From: Acidobacteriota bacterium
Lineage (GTDB): Bacteria > Acidobacteriota > UBA6911 > RPQK01 > JAJDTT01
Assembly: GCA_965263035.1 (NCBI GenBank)
Contig: OZ253580.1
Span: forward strand, 6,016,001 to 6,080,000
Direction: 5' to 3'
DNA length: 64,000 bases
This document shows, one piece after another, positions 51,661 through 62,042 of this stretch. Position numbers and translations under genes: made by a program. The stretch's first letter is position 1, and each line of letters starts with the position of its first letter. The notes under the pieces were generated by a model. The model did not search any database, was not told the origin of the DNA, and was given only the letters and a program-made list of their open reading frames with translations.

Positions 51661-52608
51661 ATGAAACAGCATACCGTAGGCATCGACATCTCGAAAGCGC
51701 ACCTGGACGCGCACCGGCTGGCCGACGGCCATTCCGCCCAGTTCGACAATGACCCGGCCGGCTTCCGGGCGCTGATTGATTGGATCGGAACTCCGGTCGA
51801 GTGCGTCGCGTACGAGGCCACCGGTCCCTACCACCGGGACCTCGAGGAAGCGCTGTCCAAAGCGAAGCTGCCGCTGGCGAAGGTGAACCCCTGGCAGGCG
51901 CGGCGCTTCGCCGAGGCGACCGGGAGCCGCGCCAAGACCGACGCCGTAGACGCTCGGAAACTGGCCCAGCTGGCCGCCACGCTGGAGCCGCGCCGGACCC
52001 AGGTGCCGTCCAAAACGCAACGCCGGCTCCAGGATCTGCAGACGTCCCGGGACGCGCTGATGCGCCAGCGCACGGCCGCGCTCAACCGCCGCCGACAGCT
52101 CCGCGAACCCCTGCTCAAACAGCAGAACCAGATCCAGATCAACATGTTCGAGCGCCACCTGCGCGCCATCGACCGCAAAATGCAGCAGCTGATTGCGGCC
52201 GACGAGGCGCGGGCCCGCAAGTTGGAGATCCTCACCTCCATCCCGGGGATCGCGGCCACCACCGCCGCCGGTCTGCTGGCCGAGATGCCCGAGCTGGGCG
52301 CCCTCAGCGGCAAGGCCGCCGCCAGTCTGGCCGGGTTGGCCGCCGTTCCGCGCGAGTCGGGGGCTTGGCAGGGCCGGGCCTTCATCCGGGGCGGACGGGC
52401 GCGGGCGCGACGGCTCCTGTACATGCCGGCGGTGGCCGCCCTGCGTTGGAACCCCGACTTGGCCGAGGTGTACCGGAGGCTGAGCGAGCGCGGCAAGCCC
52501 GGCAAGGTGGCCCTCGTCGCCGTCATGCGCAAGCTTATCGTCCTGGCCAACACCCTCGTCCGGCAGGACCGCACCTGGTTGCCCGTAGCGCCCCGAGCGA
52601 CCTTCTGA
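51661..52608 (+). CDS. IS110 DEDD recombinase
   Basis: VGIDISK, YEATG, KTDAVDA, SIPGI, RESG. Confidence 0.95.
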   Translation: MKQHTVGIDISKAHLDAHRLADGHSAQFDNDPAGFRALIDWIGTPVECVAYEATGPYHRDLEEALSKAKLPLAKVNPWQARRFAEATGSRAKTDAVDARKLAQLAATLEPRRTQVPSKTQRRLQDLQTSRDALMRQRTAALNRRRQLREPLLKQQNQIQINMFERHLRAIDRKMQQLIAADEARARKLEILTSIPGIAATTAAGLLAEMPELGALSGKAAASLAGLAAVPRESGAWQGRAFIRGGRARARRLLYMPAVAALRWNPDLAEVYRRLSERGKPGKVALVAVMRKLIVLANTLVRQDRTWLPVAPRATF

Positions 52609-53092
52609 GGCCACGGAGAAACCCCGTGAGGAAAGGGAGCGTGTGGACCCCCTGATGGCCGTCTGTCGAACTTCCGGTCAAGTCTGGCCGGAAGCTTGCT
52701 TACGGCCATGAAAGCTCTTCACGCCCTGGGGAGCGCCGGGTCACCCGAAGGGTCGCAGCGAAGCGGAGGAGCCGGAGGCTTGACCCGACGCTCCCCAGGG
52801 CGTATCCGGACCTCCCGGAGGACTGACGTCGACGATCTCAGGTCCCTCGATCCAGTTATCGGTCCACTCATCGCCCCCTGCACGGCGCCCGGCGGATCCA
52901 GCTCGATCTCCGCCTCACCTCCGGCGGAAGAACGCTCCTCCTAACCCTGTGCCCTTTGGACCGGACAGATCACGTACTAACGACACGGGATGGAAACACC
53001 GATTAGCACCCACCACTTGCAACATGGATACTCCCGTTCGGCGTTTGGAAAACCGCCGCTCCCAAGGAGATTGCCGTATTCTGGGACCGGTA

Positions 53093-56089
53093 ATGCTCCG
53101 ATTACGAGACCTCTTCCTGGTTTTGATCTGGCCCGTGCTGGGCCTGGCCTGCCATTTGGCGCCGGACACGGGCATCAACAACACCGACCTGGAGTTCGCC
53201 CTGGCGGGCCCGTTTCAGTTGGACACCATCGCCTCCGAGCCGGAGATCCGGCAACCGCTGTACATGACCTTCGACGAACGGGGGCGGATCTGGGTGGTTC
53301 AGTATCTCCAGTATCCCTTCCCCGCCGGCTTGAAGGTCGTTTCCCATGACCGCTTCTGGCGCGTCCAATACGACCGCTTTCCGCCCCCGCCGCCACCCGG
53401 CCATATCCCGGGCCGGGACCGGGTCACCATCCTGGAAGACCGGGACGGCGACGGCCGCTACGAGACTCAGAAGGACTTCGTCACTGGACTGAACATCTGC
53501 AGCGCGGCACTGCCCGGGCGCGGCGGCGTCTGGGTGCTGAATCCCCCGTATCTGCTCTTCTACCCGGACGCGGACCGGGACGACGTGCCCGACGGCCCCC
53601 CTGCGGTGCACCTGGAAGGCTTCGGCCTGGAGGACCTCCACTCCGTCTCCAACAGCCTGCTCTGGGGACCGGACGGCTGGCTCTACGGCTGCACCGGAAG
53701 CACCACCACGGCCACCATCCGCCACCCCGGCAAGGAGGGGCCGGGGCTCCACTTCAAGGGACAATCCATCTGGCGCTACCATCCCGGGAAACAGATCTTC
53801 GAGCTCTTCGCCGAGGGCGGGTACAACAATTTCGGCCTCGCCATGGACGCCAAGGGACGACTCTATACCGGCACCAATGGAAGCCTCATCGGCGTCCACT
53901 ACGTTCAAGGGGGCTACTATCGAAAGACCTGGGGCAAGCACGGCCCCCTGACCAACCCGTATGCCTTTGGTTTCTTTCCGGCCATGGAGGATCACAGCAG
54001 CAAGGCGAGGCTCTCCCAGGCCATGATCGTCTACGACGGGGGACAACTGCCCGACGCCTACGAGGGCACGCTGATCACCGCCCGGGTGCTTCGGCGACGC
54101 CTCGACGTTTGCGACCTGGAGAGCCGGGGCTCCACCTATGCCGCTCGCGAACGGGAAACCATCCTCTCCAGCCCCGACGTTCACTTCCGGCCCGTCGACC
54201 TGAAGGCAGGCCCGGACGGCGCCATCTACATTGCGGACTGGTACGACCGGAACGTGACCTGGAACGTCTCCGCCGAGAACGACGGGACCGACCGGTCCAC
54301 CGGACGAATCTACCGCCTCGGCCGCACCGGAACGGCACCCGCCGAGCCCTTCGACCTGAGCCTCCTTTCCGGACCGGAGCTCGTCGACCTCCTGTTGACG
54401 GACAACAAATGGCAGCGGCAGATGGCCCAGCGTCTGCTTCGCGAGCGGAAAGACGCTTCCCTGATCCCGCGTCTGGAGAAGCTGCTGGCCACCAGCGCAG
54501 GACAGCCGGCCCTGGAGGCGCTCTGGGCCCTGGGTGCCAGCGGCGGTTTCAGTCTTGAATCGGCACTCCGTTCGCTGGACCACGCAGACCCCTTCGTCCG
54601 CATCTGGACGATCCGACTCCTGGGGGACGACGGAGAGCTGAATCCGCCCCTCCGAAAGAGATTGCAGGTTCTGGCCGCGGACGAGACGCACCCGCAGGTC
54701 CGCAGCCAACTGTCCTCCTCGGTGAAGCGGTTTCCGCTTGCCGACGCGCTTCCCGTCCTGAGCGTCCTCCTGGAAAAATCAGAGGACCTTGCGGACCCGC
54801 ACATCCCGTTGCTGCTCTGGTGGGCCGTGGAGGCGAAACTGCGAGAGGGACCGAATGAGGTGCTGCACTGGGTGCGGCAGCAGATCCCGGCGGCGACGCC
54901 CCTCATGAATCAGGTCATCCTTCCTCGATTGGGACAGCGCTTCACCGTGGAGAGGAACCGAGAGGATCTCGTGACCTGTCACCGGTTGCTGGAACTCGAG
55001 TTGACGCCGGAACAGGTGCGGAGCCTGGCCCAGGGGATGATTCAGGGCCTGAGGGGCGCTCCGCTCGATCGCTGTCCTCCCCGGCTGCTTCGGAAGGTGG
55101 AGCAACTCTCGTCCCGCCTGCCTTCGGAATCCGCGCTGCTGGATCTGGCGATCCGTTTGGGAAGTGCCATGGCCGTCGAGCGTGTTCTGGCACGGTTCGA
55201 AGATCCCTCCCTCACGGAGGAATCCCGAATCGCCTTCATCCACACGCTGGCCGAATGCCGCATCGGCGGGGGGCTGGACCTGCTTTTGGACAGCTTCCGG
55301 CACGGCGCTTCCCCGGAGATCCGTGCGGAGGCTCTGGGGGCGCTGCACGACTTCCCGGAGGAGCGCGTCGCCCACAGCTTGCTGGAGTACTTCCCGGACA
55401 CCGATGCGGAACTTCGGCCCAAGCTCCTTCACCTGCTGGCCTCGCGAGTCTCGTGGGCCCGGCTGCTGCTGGATCGGATCGACTCCGCCCTGATCCCGGA
55501 GACTGCCGCGTCCCGGGGCCTATTGGTTCGAATCGCGAGTCTGGAGGACGAGGAAATCAACCGGCGGCTCTATGGGCGATGGGGCCGAATTCGCCAGAAT
55601 CCCCAAGAGAAGCTGGCCCGGATGTCGGCCGTCCGTTCCATGCTGACACGGGGCCGGAGGTCGTCCGAACTGGGTGCGGACCTCTTCCGAGAACTCTGCT
55701 CCAGCTGTCATCGCTTTCGAGGCGTGGGCACCCAGGTCGGGCCGGACCTCACGCAGATCGATGGCATGGAGCGAGACGCCCTGATGGAAGCCATCGTGGA
55801 CCCGGGAAGCTCCATCCTTCCCGACTTCATGGGATTTGTCCTGACCGTGGACAGGGACGGGACCGGCGCCGAACCTCAGCTCCTGGAGGGCCTGGTGCTG
55901 GAGGAGAACCCGCGCACCACCACTATCGTCGACTCGTCGGGCAGCCAGATTCAGGTGCCCAGCCCCGCCATCCTCCACAAGGAGGCCATGCAGGAGTCGA
56001 TCATGCCCGACGGTCTGCTGCACAACCTGGACGAGGAGCAAATCAGGGACCTGTTCGCCTATCTCCGAGGTCGAGACGGACCCCAGTAG
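53093..56089 (+). CDS. PVC-type heme-binding membrane-bound dehydrogenase-like protein
   Basis: FDERGRIWVVQYLQYP propeller, HEAT-like helices, CSSCH, VGPDL, SIMPDGL. Confidence 0.88.
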   Translation: MLRLRDLFLVLIWPVLGLACHLAPDTGINNTDLEFALAGPFQLDTIASEPEIRQPLYMTFDERGRIWVVQYLQYPFPAGLKVVSHDRFWRVQYDRFPPPPPPGHIPGRDRVTILEDRDGDGRYETQKDFVTGLNICSAALPGRGGVWVLNPPYLLFYPDADRDDVPDGPPAVHLEGFGLEDLHSVSNSLLWGPDGWLYGCTGSTTTATIRHPGKEGPGLHFKGQSIWRYHPGKQIFELFAEGGYNNFGLAMDAKGRLYTGTNGSLIGVHYVQGGYYRKTWGKHGPLTNPYAFGFFPAMEDHSSKARLSQAMIVYDGGQLPDAYEGTLITARVLRRRLDVCDLESRGSTYAARERETILSSPDVHFRPVDLKAGPDGAIYIADWYDRNVTWNVSAENDGTDRSTGRIYRLGRTGTAPAEPFDLSLLSGPELVDLLLTDNKWQRQMAQRLLRERKDASLIPRLEKLLATSAGQPALEALWALGASGGFSLESALRSLDHADPFVRIWTIRLLGDDGELNPPLRKRLQVLAADETHPQVRSQLSSSVKRFPLADALPVLSVLLEKSEDLADPHIPLLLWWAVEAKLREGPNEVLHWVRQQIPAATPLMNQVILPRLGQRFTVERNREDLVTCHRLLELELTPEQVRSLAQGMIQGLRGAPLDRCPPRLLRKVEQLSSRLPSESALLDLAIRLGSAMAVERVLARFEDPSLTEESRIAFIHTLAECRIGGGLDLLLDSFRHGASPEIRAEALGALHDFPEERVAHSLLEYFPDTDAELRPKLLHLLASRVSWARLLLDRIDSALIPETAASRGLLVRIASLEDEEINRRLYGRWGRIRQNPQEKLARMSAVRSMLTRGRRSSELGADLFRELCSSCHRFRGVGTQVGPDLTQIDGMERDALMEAIVDPGSSILPDFMGFVLTVDRDGTGAEPQLLEGLVLEENPRTTTIVDSSGSQIQVPSPAILHKEAMQESIMPDGLLHNLDEEQIRDLFAYLRGRDGPQ

Positions 56090-56230
56090 AAAGGCACTCC
56101 CATGTTTCCAATCAGACCCCGGAAGCAGGACCGGGAGGGATCCCCTACCAGAACCGGCGGCAACCTCCACCCGTCCGGTGGCGCCGAATTCTGCACGCCG
56201 ATCGAAAAAACGGTTTATCCTGATCCAGTT

Positions 56231-57121
56231 ATGCCTCGACCGTCACTGTTGAGCCGCCTGGCCCAGGAGGAGCCCCTCATCTCGGATGGGGCCACCGGAA
56301 CCTACCTCCAGATGCACGGCCTGGAGCCGGGCGGATGTCCCGAAGCGTTCAACGCCGACCACCCCGACATCGTTCGGGGAATGTCCGCCGCTTATGCCGA
56401 TGCGGGATCGGAGATGGTGCTGACCAACTCCTTCGGCGGCAACCGTTTCATGCTCAAGAAATACGGCTACGGCAACCAGATTCACCGTTTCAACAAACTG
56501 GCTGCCCAACTCGCTCGCGAGGGAGCCGGCGGCGACTGCTACGTCGTCGGGGCCATGGGACCCACCGGAGAGTTCTTGGAGCCGCTGGGTGAGGTGAGCG
56601 AACAGGAAATGTACGAAGCCTTTGCCGAGCAGGCCGCTGCCCTGGCCGAGGGGGGCGCCGACGCGATCCTGGCGGAGACCATGACCGCGGCGGAAGAGGC
56701 AACGCTGGCCATCCAGGCCGCCAAGGACGCCACCGGTCTTCCAGTCCTGGTTTCCATGACCTTCGACAAGGGTCTGCGCGGCTATTTCACCATGATGGGG
56801 ATCTCGCCTGAGCAGGCCGTCCTCAAGCTGCATGCCGCGGGCGCCGATGTGGTGGGAACGAACTGCGGCAACGGCATCGAAAGAATGGTGGAGCTCTCCG
56901 ACATCATGCGGGACCTGACCGACCGGCCCCTCCTGGTCCACTCCAACGCGGGAATCCCCAAACTGGTGGACATGAAGATCGTCTACGATGAAGAGCCCCG
57001 CTGGATGGCCAAACGCTTTCGCCACATGGCCGATATGGGTATCAAGATCATCGGTGGCTGCTGCGGCACCACCCCCGAGCATATCCGCGAACTGGTCAAG
57101 GCGGTCCGGCCGGCGGCCTGA
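56231..57121 (+). CDS. Homocysteine S-methyltransferase domain protein
   Basis: DGATGT, TNSFG, GTNC, NAGIP, GGCCGTTPEHI. Confidence 0.92.
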   Translation: MPRPSLLSRLAQEEPLISDGATGTYLQMHGLEPGGCPEAFNADHPDIVRGMSAAYADAGSEMVLTNSFGGNRFMLKKYGYGNQIHRFNKLAAQLAREGAGGDCYVVGAMGPTGEFLEPLGEVSEQEMYEAFAEQAAALAEGGADAILAETMTAAEEATLAIQAAKDATGLPVLVSMTFDKGLRGYFTMMGISPEQAVLKLHAAGADVVGTNCGNGIERMVELSDIMRDLTDRPLLVHSNAGIPKLVDMKIVYDEEPRWMAKRFRHMADMGIKIIGGCCGTTPEHIRELVKAVRPAA

Positions 57122-57329
57122 GCGGCTCGGGAGAAGCGGTCTTCAACGTGCATTCCACCCATGACCCACTTGCCGACCCCGGTTTGGTAACGCGGGCGAA
57201 AGCTAAGGAGCGCGTTATCGAAGATTCGGTCAATCAGATGTGCGATACCATCGCTAACACTGAACGTGCAACTCGAGAACCGGCCGTCCGATGCATCTTG
57301 GCCTTCCGACAGATCCTCATTGTTGAGGG

Positions 57330-58418
57330 GTGGATTTAGTGTCTCTATCTCTCTACAAGAAACTAGCGGATATGGCCATCACCAGCCTGGACCTACAGCC
57401 AGGGCAGTTCGTTGAAATCCGTGGCGACGTTGCCATCTGGAAATGTATCGAAGCCGTATCGCTCGCCGTAGAAAAAGCTGAGGCGGTCCCATGCCTCAAC
57501 GTAACCTCGATTGCTCACGAGGCGGAACGCATTCGGACGCTGGCTACCGATTGGCTGCGACGTCCGTCACCGTTTCTAATGGACCTCGCTACCAGGGCTA
57601 CTGCCGCCATCGTCATCGAACGTGACTGGACTCAATTGGTCGCATCTTGTCCTTCCGAGCGACTCAAGGCATGGAACCAAGCTATCGGAGTGCTGGTAAA
57701 CCAACAAGAATCCAGACACGTTCCCTGTTGCATGATCGCGCATCCAGGCGCGCTGCGACAGGATGAGCTCCTGGTCCCCAGAGGGGACATTTATAGCATA
57801 ATTGAGAATGCTATTAACGTGGACATAATCGAATTGGATGAGCGTGTACGATCCGTCAAACAAACCATAGAAAATGGAAGCGTTTTGGACATAAGATCTC
57901 CCAATGGTAGTCGCTTGGAGTGTCAACTTGGCAGCAGACCCGTATTCGAAAACGATGGTCGCCTCCGCGATAATTCCGCTCTGAATCTGCCATTCGGTGC
58001 GATCTCGTTTACCGTGCCGGAAACCACCGTTAAGGGCTCCATTTGTTTTAGACGGTGGAGAAATGTACAGGATCTGACTATTACCTTCGTCGACGGTCGT
58101 ATTTCGGACATTTCGGCGGCCAACAGCCCGAAGGCCTTTGCGGACTTTGTTGGCACACATTCCGGCCACCGCGATCGAATAAGCCACATCGGGATTGGGG
58201 TTAACCCGGGCATCCAATCCTCAACGGGACTTATATCCGTAGATGAATGTAAATCGGGGATGCTGTTCGTTGCTTTGGGAGAAAACAGGTATATGGGTGG
58301 AAAAAATGAATCCACCCTGAATATGGATCTGACATGTCCGGATTCGACGGTGTTTATTGGATCACGATGTATAGTCCGAGACGGACGATTGACACTGGAT
58401 TGCCAAGTCCCTTCCTAG
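57330..58418 (+). CDS. M29 aminopeptidase-like protein (degenerate metal site)
   Basis: NLPFG, HIGIGVNP, VDECKSG...VALG, NESTLNMD; AT-richer DNA; start uncertain. Confidence 0.7.
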   Translation: MDLVSLSLYKKLADMAITSLDLQPGQFVEIRGDVAIWKCIEAVSLAVEKAEAVPCLNVTSIAHEAERIRTLATDWLRRPSPFLMDLATRATAAIVIERDWTQLVASCPSERLKAWNQAIGVLVNQQESRHVPCCMIAHPGALRQDELLVPRGDIYSIIENAINVDIIELDERVRSVKQTIENGSVLDIRSPNGSRLECQLGSRPVFENDGRLRDNSALNLPFGAISFTVPETTVKGSICFRRWRNVQDLTITFVDGRISDISAANSPKAFADFVGTHSGHRDRISHIGIGVNPGIQSSTGLISVDECKSGMLFVALGENRYMGGKNESTLNMDLTCPDSTVFIGSRCIVRDGRLTLDCQVPS

Positions 58419-58508
58419 GAGTCTGCGCTCGCATCTCCTGACCGTGGTTTTCGGTTAAATTGAGGCGAAGCCTATACCGAGTGGAAACACGCACTAGTTC
58501 CCCGGTTT

Positions 58509-59459
58509 TCAATCCCGAGACTGCGCGTTGATCCGGTTGATGAGGACCGCGCCCAGGATGAGGGCGCCCTGGACCACGTGCTGCCAGTACTCGTTGATGT
58601 TCATCAACGTCATGCCGTTGACCAGGATGCCCAGGAAGATGACGCCCATCAGGGTGCCCCGGATCTTCCCTTCTCCGCCCATGAGGCTGGTGCCGCCGAT
58701 GATGACCGAAGCGATGACGGCCAGTTCCCAACCCCGGGCCGTGGTCGCGGACCCGGACATGATCTGGGCCGACTGCATGATCCCGGCCAGGGCGGCCAGG
58801 CAAGCGACGCTGGCCATCACCAGCACCTTGACCCGTCCCACCCGGATCCCGCTGAGACGGGCCGCTTCCGGGTTTCCTCCCACGGCATAGACGGAGCGTC
58901 CGAACGACGTGTACCCCATGAGGACATGGGTGGTCAGGAAGACCAGCAGGAAGACCAGCGCGGGAAAGGGCACGCCGAAGAGATAGCCCCCGCCGAAGAA
59001 GTTGTACCACTCGGGGAAGGGAGTCAGCGGAAAGCCGCCGGTGATGAGCTCGGCGACTCCCGTCAGCACGGTCATCCAGGCCAGGGTGATGATGAAGCTG
59101 GGAACGGCGAAGCGGACCCGGATCAGGCCCGTCAAGGCTCCGATGCTCATGCCCAGAAGAAGCGTCGAGAACATGGCCAGGGGAAGAGCCACTACCATGG
59201 ACAGCCCCATGGCAGCCAGCCACTGCGCCAGCCAGGCCGTGACGCAACCGGCGAAGGCCACGGCCGATCCCACGCTCAGGTCGATCTCGCCCGAGATGAT
59301 GACCATGGTCATGCCGAAGGCGATGATCCCCGGCATGGAGACGTTCCGCAGAACGTTGAGCAGGTTGACCACGGTAAAGAAGCCCTCCGCCTGAAATGCC
59401 AGCACCAGGCAGAGAACCACCAGGACCAACTCCAGGATGGAGCTTCGGGCCCAGACCAT
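58509..59459 (-). CDS. Sugar ABC transporter permease (RbsC-like)
   Basis: GEIDLSVG, GGNPEAARLSGI, IGGTSLMGGEG. Confidence 0.92.
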   Translation of the reverse strand: MVWARSSILELVLVVLCLVLAFQAEGFFTVVNLLNVLRNVSMPGIIAFGMTMVIISGEIDLSVGSAVAFAGCVTAWLAQWLAAMGLSMVVALPLAMFSTLLLGMSIGALTGLIRVRFAVPSFIITLAWMTVLTGVAELITGGFPLTPFPEWYNFFGGGYLFGVPFPALVFLLVFLTTHVLMGYTSFGRSVYAVGGNPEAARLSGIRVGRVKVLVMASVACLAALAGIMQSAQIMSGSATTARGWELAVIASVIIGGTSLMGGEGKIRGTLMGVIFLGILVNGMTLMNINEYWQHVVQGALILGAVLINRINAQSRD

Positions 59460-59482
59460 CAGTCGGGTAGGGGTCAGCCGGA

Positions 59483-60976
59483 TTACATGCACTGGACGAA
59501 GAGTTGATCGGCGGTCGTGTTTTCGGGCCGGATCTCCTGCTGAATCCGACCGTGCTTCATGACCAGGATACGGTGGCACACCTCCACCAGTTCCTCAAGC
59601 TCGCTGGAGACGAAGAGGATGGCAATCCCCTGGCGGCTCAGGTCCCACATCAGTTGGAAGATCTGCTGCTTGGCCTGGAGATCGATGCCGCGCGTGGGCT
59701 CGTCCAGGAGCAGCACTTGCAAGGCAGTGCCAAGCCACTTGCCCACCACTACCTTCTGCTGGTTGCCGCCGCTCAGCGAAGAGACGGCCTCTTCCACGTC
59801 GGGAGCCTTGATGTGCAAACGATCCACCTGCTCCCGGATCAGCCTCCGCTCCCGCCGCCGACTCAGGAATCCCCGCCTCGAAATCCGGTCCAGACTGGCC
59901 AGACAGAGATTGGACCGGATGCTCTGGGTCTGAATCAGGCCCTCCTGCTTCCGGTCCTCGGGGGCAAATCCGAGACCCAGATCCTTCATCTCAGGTGGAG
60001 AGACTTTACGGCAAGTCCTCTCGGAGAAAAGGATTTCACCGCGATCGAAGGGCAGGGCTCCGAAGACGGCCTTCAGCAACTCGGTGCGTCCCGAGCCCAG
60101 CATGCCGGCGATTCCCAGGATCTCTCCCCGGTGAAGGGTCAGGTCCACGTCCTGGAACTCCTCGCCCCGGGACAATCCCCGGACCTGCAGGACCGGCTCC
60201 CGGCCGGCCAACAGGTCGGCGGGACGCTCCTTCTGCACGGTCTCACCGAACATGTAGTGGACGATCTCTTCGGCCGACGTCTCGGCCATTTCCACAGTCG
60301 CCACGTGATCGCCGTCCCGGAGGACCGTAACCCGGTCGGCGATTTCCCCCAACTCCTGGAGCCGATGGGAGATGTAGAGGATGGCCACGCCCTGCTCCGC
60401 CAGTTGGCGGACCAGCCGGAAGAGGCTCTGGGTCTCGTGGCGGGCCAGTCCCGACGTCGGCTCGTCCAGCATCAAAACCGAGGGCCGGAAGGACATGGCC
60501 TTGGCGATCTCCACCGTCTGCTGCTGAGCGAAGCCCAGCCGGCCCACCGGCTCGTCCACGTCCATCTCCACGTCCATGGTGGCCAGCACGGCACGGGCCC
60601 GCTCGGCGGCCGACGTCCAGTCGATGAAGGGGCCGCGGCTCCGGGGCATGCGTCCCAGGAGGATGTTCTCGGCCACGCTCAACCCCGGCACCAGGCTCAA
60701 CTCCTGGTAGACGGTGGCGATCCCCCGCTGGAAAGCGTCGCCGGGCGATCTGAGCGCCACCGGTTCGCCGTCGAGCAGGACCTGGCCGGCGGTGGGTTGA
60801 GTGGAGCCGGCCAGAATCCGGACCAGCGTGCTCTTCCCGGCGCCGTTCCGGCCGATGAGGGCGTGCACCTTGCCCCCTTCGAACCGCACCCGGACGTCTT
60901 TGAGGGCGACGATTCCCGGATATTCCTTCCGGATTCCGCGGGCTTCGAGCTGGATCGGCTTGGGGACGGGCCTCAC
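59483..60976 (-). CDS. Sugar ABC transporter ATPase (RbsA-like)
   Basis: GRNGAGKST, LDEPT, LSGGNQQK. Confidence 0.95.
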   Translation of the reverse strand: MRPVPKPIQLEARGIRKEYPGIVALKDVRVRFEGGKVHALIGRNGAGKSTLVRILAGSTQPTAGQVLLDGEPVALRSPGDAFQRGIATVYQELSLVPGLSVAENILLGRMPRSRGPFIDWTSAAERARAVLATMDVEMDVDEPVGRLGFAQQQTVEIAKAMSFRPSVLMLDEPTSGLARHETQSLFRLVRQLAEQGVAILYISHRLQELGEIADRVTVLRDGDHVATVEMAETSAEEIVHYMFGETVQKERPADLLAGREPVLQVRGLSRGEEFQDVDLTLHRGEILGIAGMLGSGRTELLKAVFGALPFDRGEILFSERTCRKVSPPEMKDLGLGFAPEDRKQEGLIQTQSIRSNLCLASLDRISRRGFLSRRRERRLIREQVDRLHIKAPDVEEAVSSLSGGNQQKVVVGKWLGTALQVLLLDEPTRGIDLQAKQQIFQLMWDLSRQGIAILFVSSELEELVEVCHRILVMKHGRIQQEIRPENTTADQLFVQCM

Positions 60977-60978
60977 AA

Positions 60979-61980
60979 TTAAGAACCGGGGCTGGCGATG
61001 AGTTCCTGCAGCCGGGCCCGGTAGGCGCGGACGTTCTCGAGGTCCCGGCGCTCGAGCAGGACTCCCGACATGGAGACGTGGCTCTCGACTTCCCTGCCCT
61101 GAATGACGTTGACGGCGGCTTTGACTGCCTGGTAGCCGATTTCAAAGGGTTTCTGGCCGGTGACGGCTTGCAGGATCCGGTCCTCCGACAGGAGAAAACC
61201 GAGCATCTGGTCGCTCACGTCGGTCCCGAAGACGGCGATGTCGCCTCCGCGTCCGGCGTTCTTGACGGCCATGACGGCCCCCACCGTCCCGCCCTCGTTG
61301 GCGCACCAGATCAGGTCGATCCCGGGATTGGCGGTGAGGATGTCGCCGGCCTTTCGGATGCCCATCTCGGGCAACCAGGCATCCTGCTCCGCCACGATCT
61401 CGACGCCGGGCAAATCGGCGATCTGACTCTTGAAACCGTTGGTCCGGGCTTCGCTCTGCTCCGTCAGCGCCGACTTGAAGGCCAGAATGGCGATCTGAGC
61501 CTTTCCATCCAGCTTCTCCTCGATGTAGGCGCGGGCCACCGTACCCGTCTGGGCGCCCAGGTTGGACTGGTCGCTCTCGATGAATGTGGCCGGAAGCCCG
61601 CCCACCACGGTGGAGTTGTACGCGATGACATGGATCCCGGCATCTCGCGCCTGCCGCAGAGCCGTGACCGATGCGGTGGCGCTCAGAGGCGAGAGGACGA
61701 TGGCGTCCACCTGCCGGGCGATGTAAGTGTTGACGAGCTGCAGTTCCTTCTCCGGCTTGCCGTCGACGGTGGACAGCAGCAGCTCGGCCCCTTCCTCCCT
61801 GGCCGCCTCCTGCATCCCGAATCGGACCAGACGGAAGAACTGGTCCTCCTGCATGAACATCCCGGCTATCTTCATGCGGCCGTCCTCGTCCGCCGCCGGC
61901 CCGCAGGCCGCCGACGAGAGCACCAGAAACAGGGAAATTCTGATCAGGAAGCGAAGTTGTGGTCGATGTCTCATGGCCAC
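60979..61980 (-). CDS. Sugar ABC transporter substrate-binding lipoprotein
   Basis: SAAC lipobox-like; periplasmic binding protein type I pattern. Confidence 0.9.
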   Translation of the reverse strand: MAMRHRPQLRFLIRISLFLVLSSAACGPAADEDGRMKIAGMFMQEDQFFRLVRFGMQEAAREEGAELLLSTVDGKPEKELQLVNTYIARQVDAIVLSPLSATASVTALRQARDAGIHVIAYNSTVVGGLPATFIESDQSNLGAQTGTVARAYIEEKLDGKAQIAILAFKSALTEQSEARTNGFKSQIADLPGVEIVAEQDAWLPEMGIRKAGDILTANPGIDLIWCANEGGTVGAVMAVKNAGRGGDIAVFGTDVSDQMLGFLLSEDRILQAVTGQKPFEIGYQAVKAAVNVIQGREVESHVSMSGVLLERRDLENVRAYRARLQELIASPGS

Positions 61981-62042
61981 GTCATTCTAGCAGCCCGCAG
62001 CTATAGTCCCGCACCGAGGAGAGAACGTCGACCGGCCCGCCC

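Larger units (their letters stand above)
51481..53032 (+). mobile_element. Complete IS110-family element inserted in a REP
   Basis: CT core at 51479-51480 and 53031-53032; removing the element restores AACCGCCG-CT-CCCGTTCGGCG. Confidence 0.88.

Noticed and set aside
57148-57339. Faint IspH-like peptide (MCDTIANTERATRE)
   Set aside because: Too short and divergent to support
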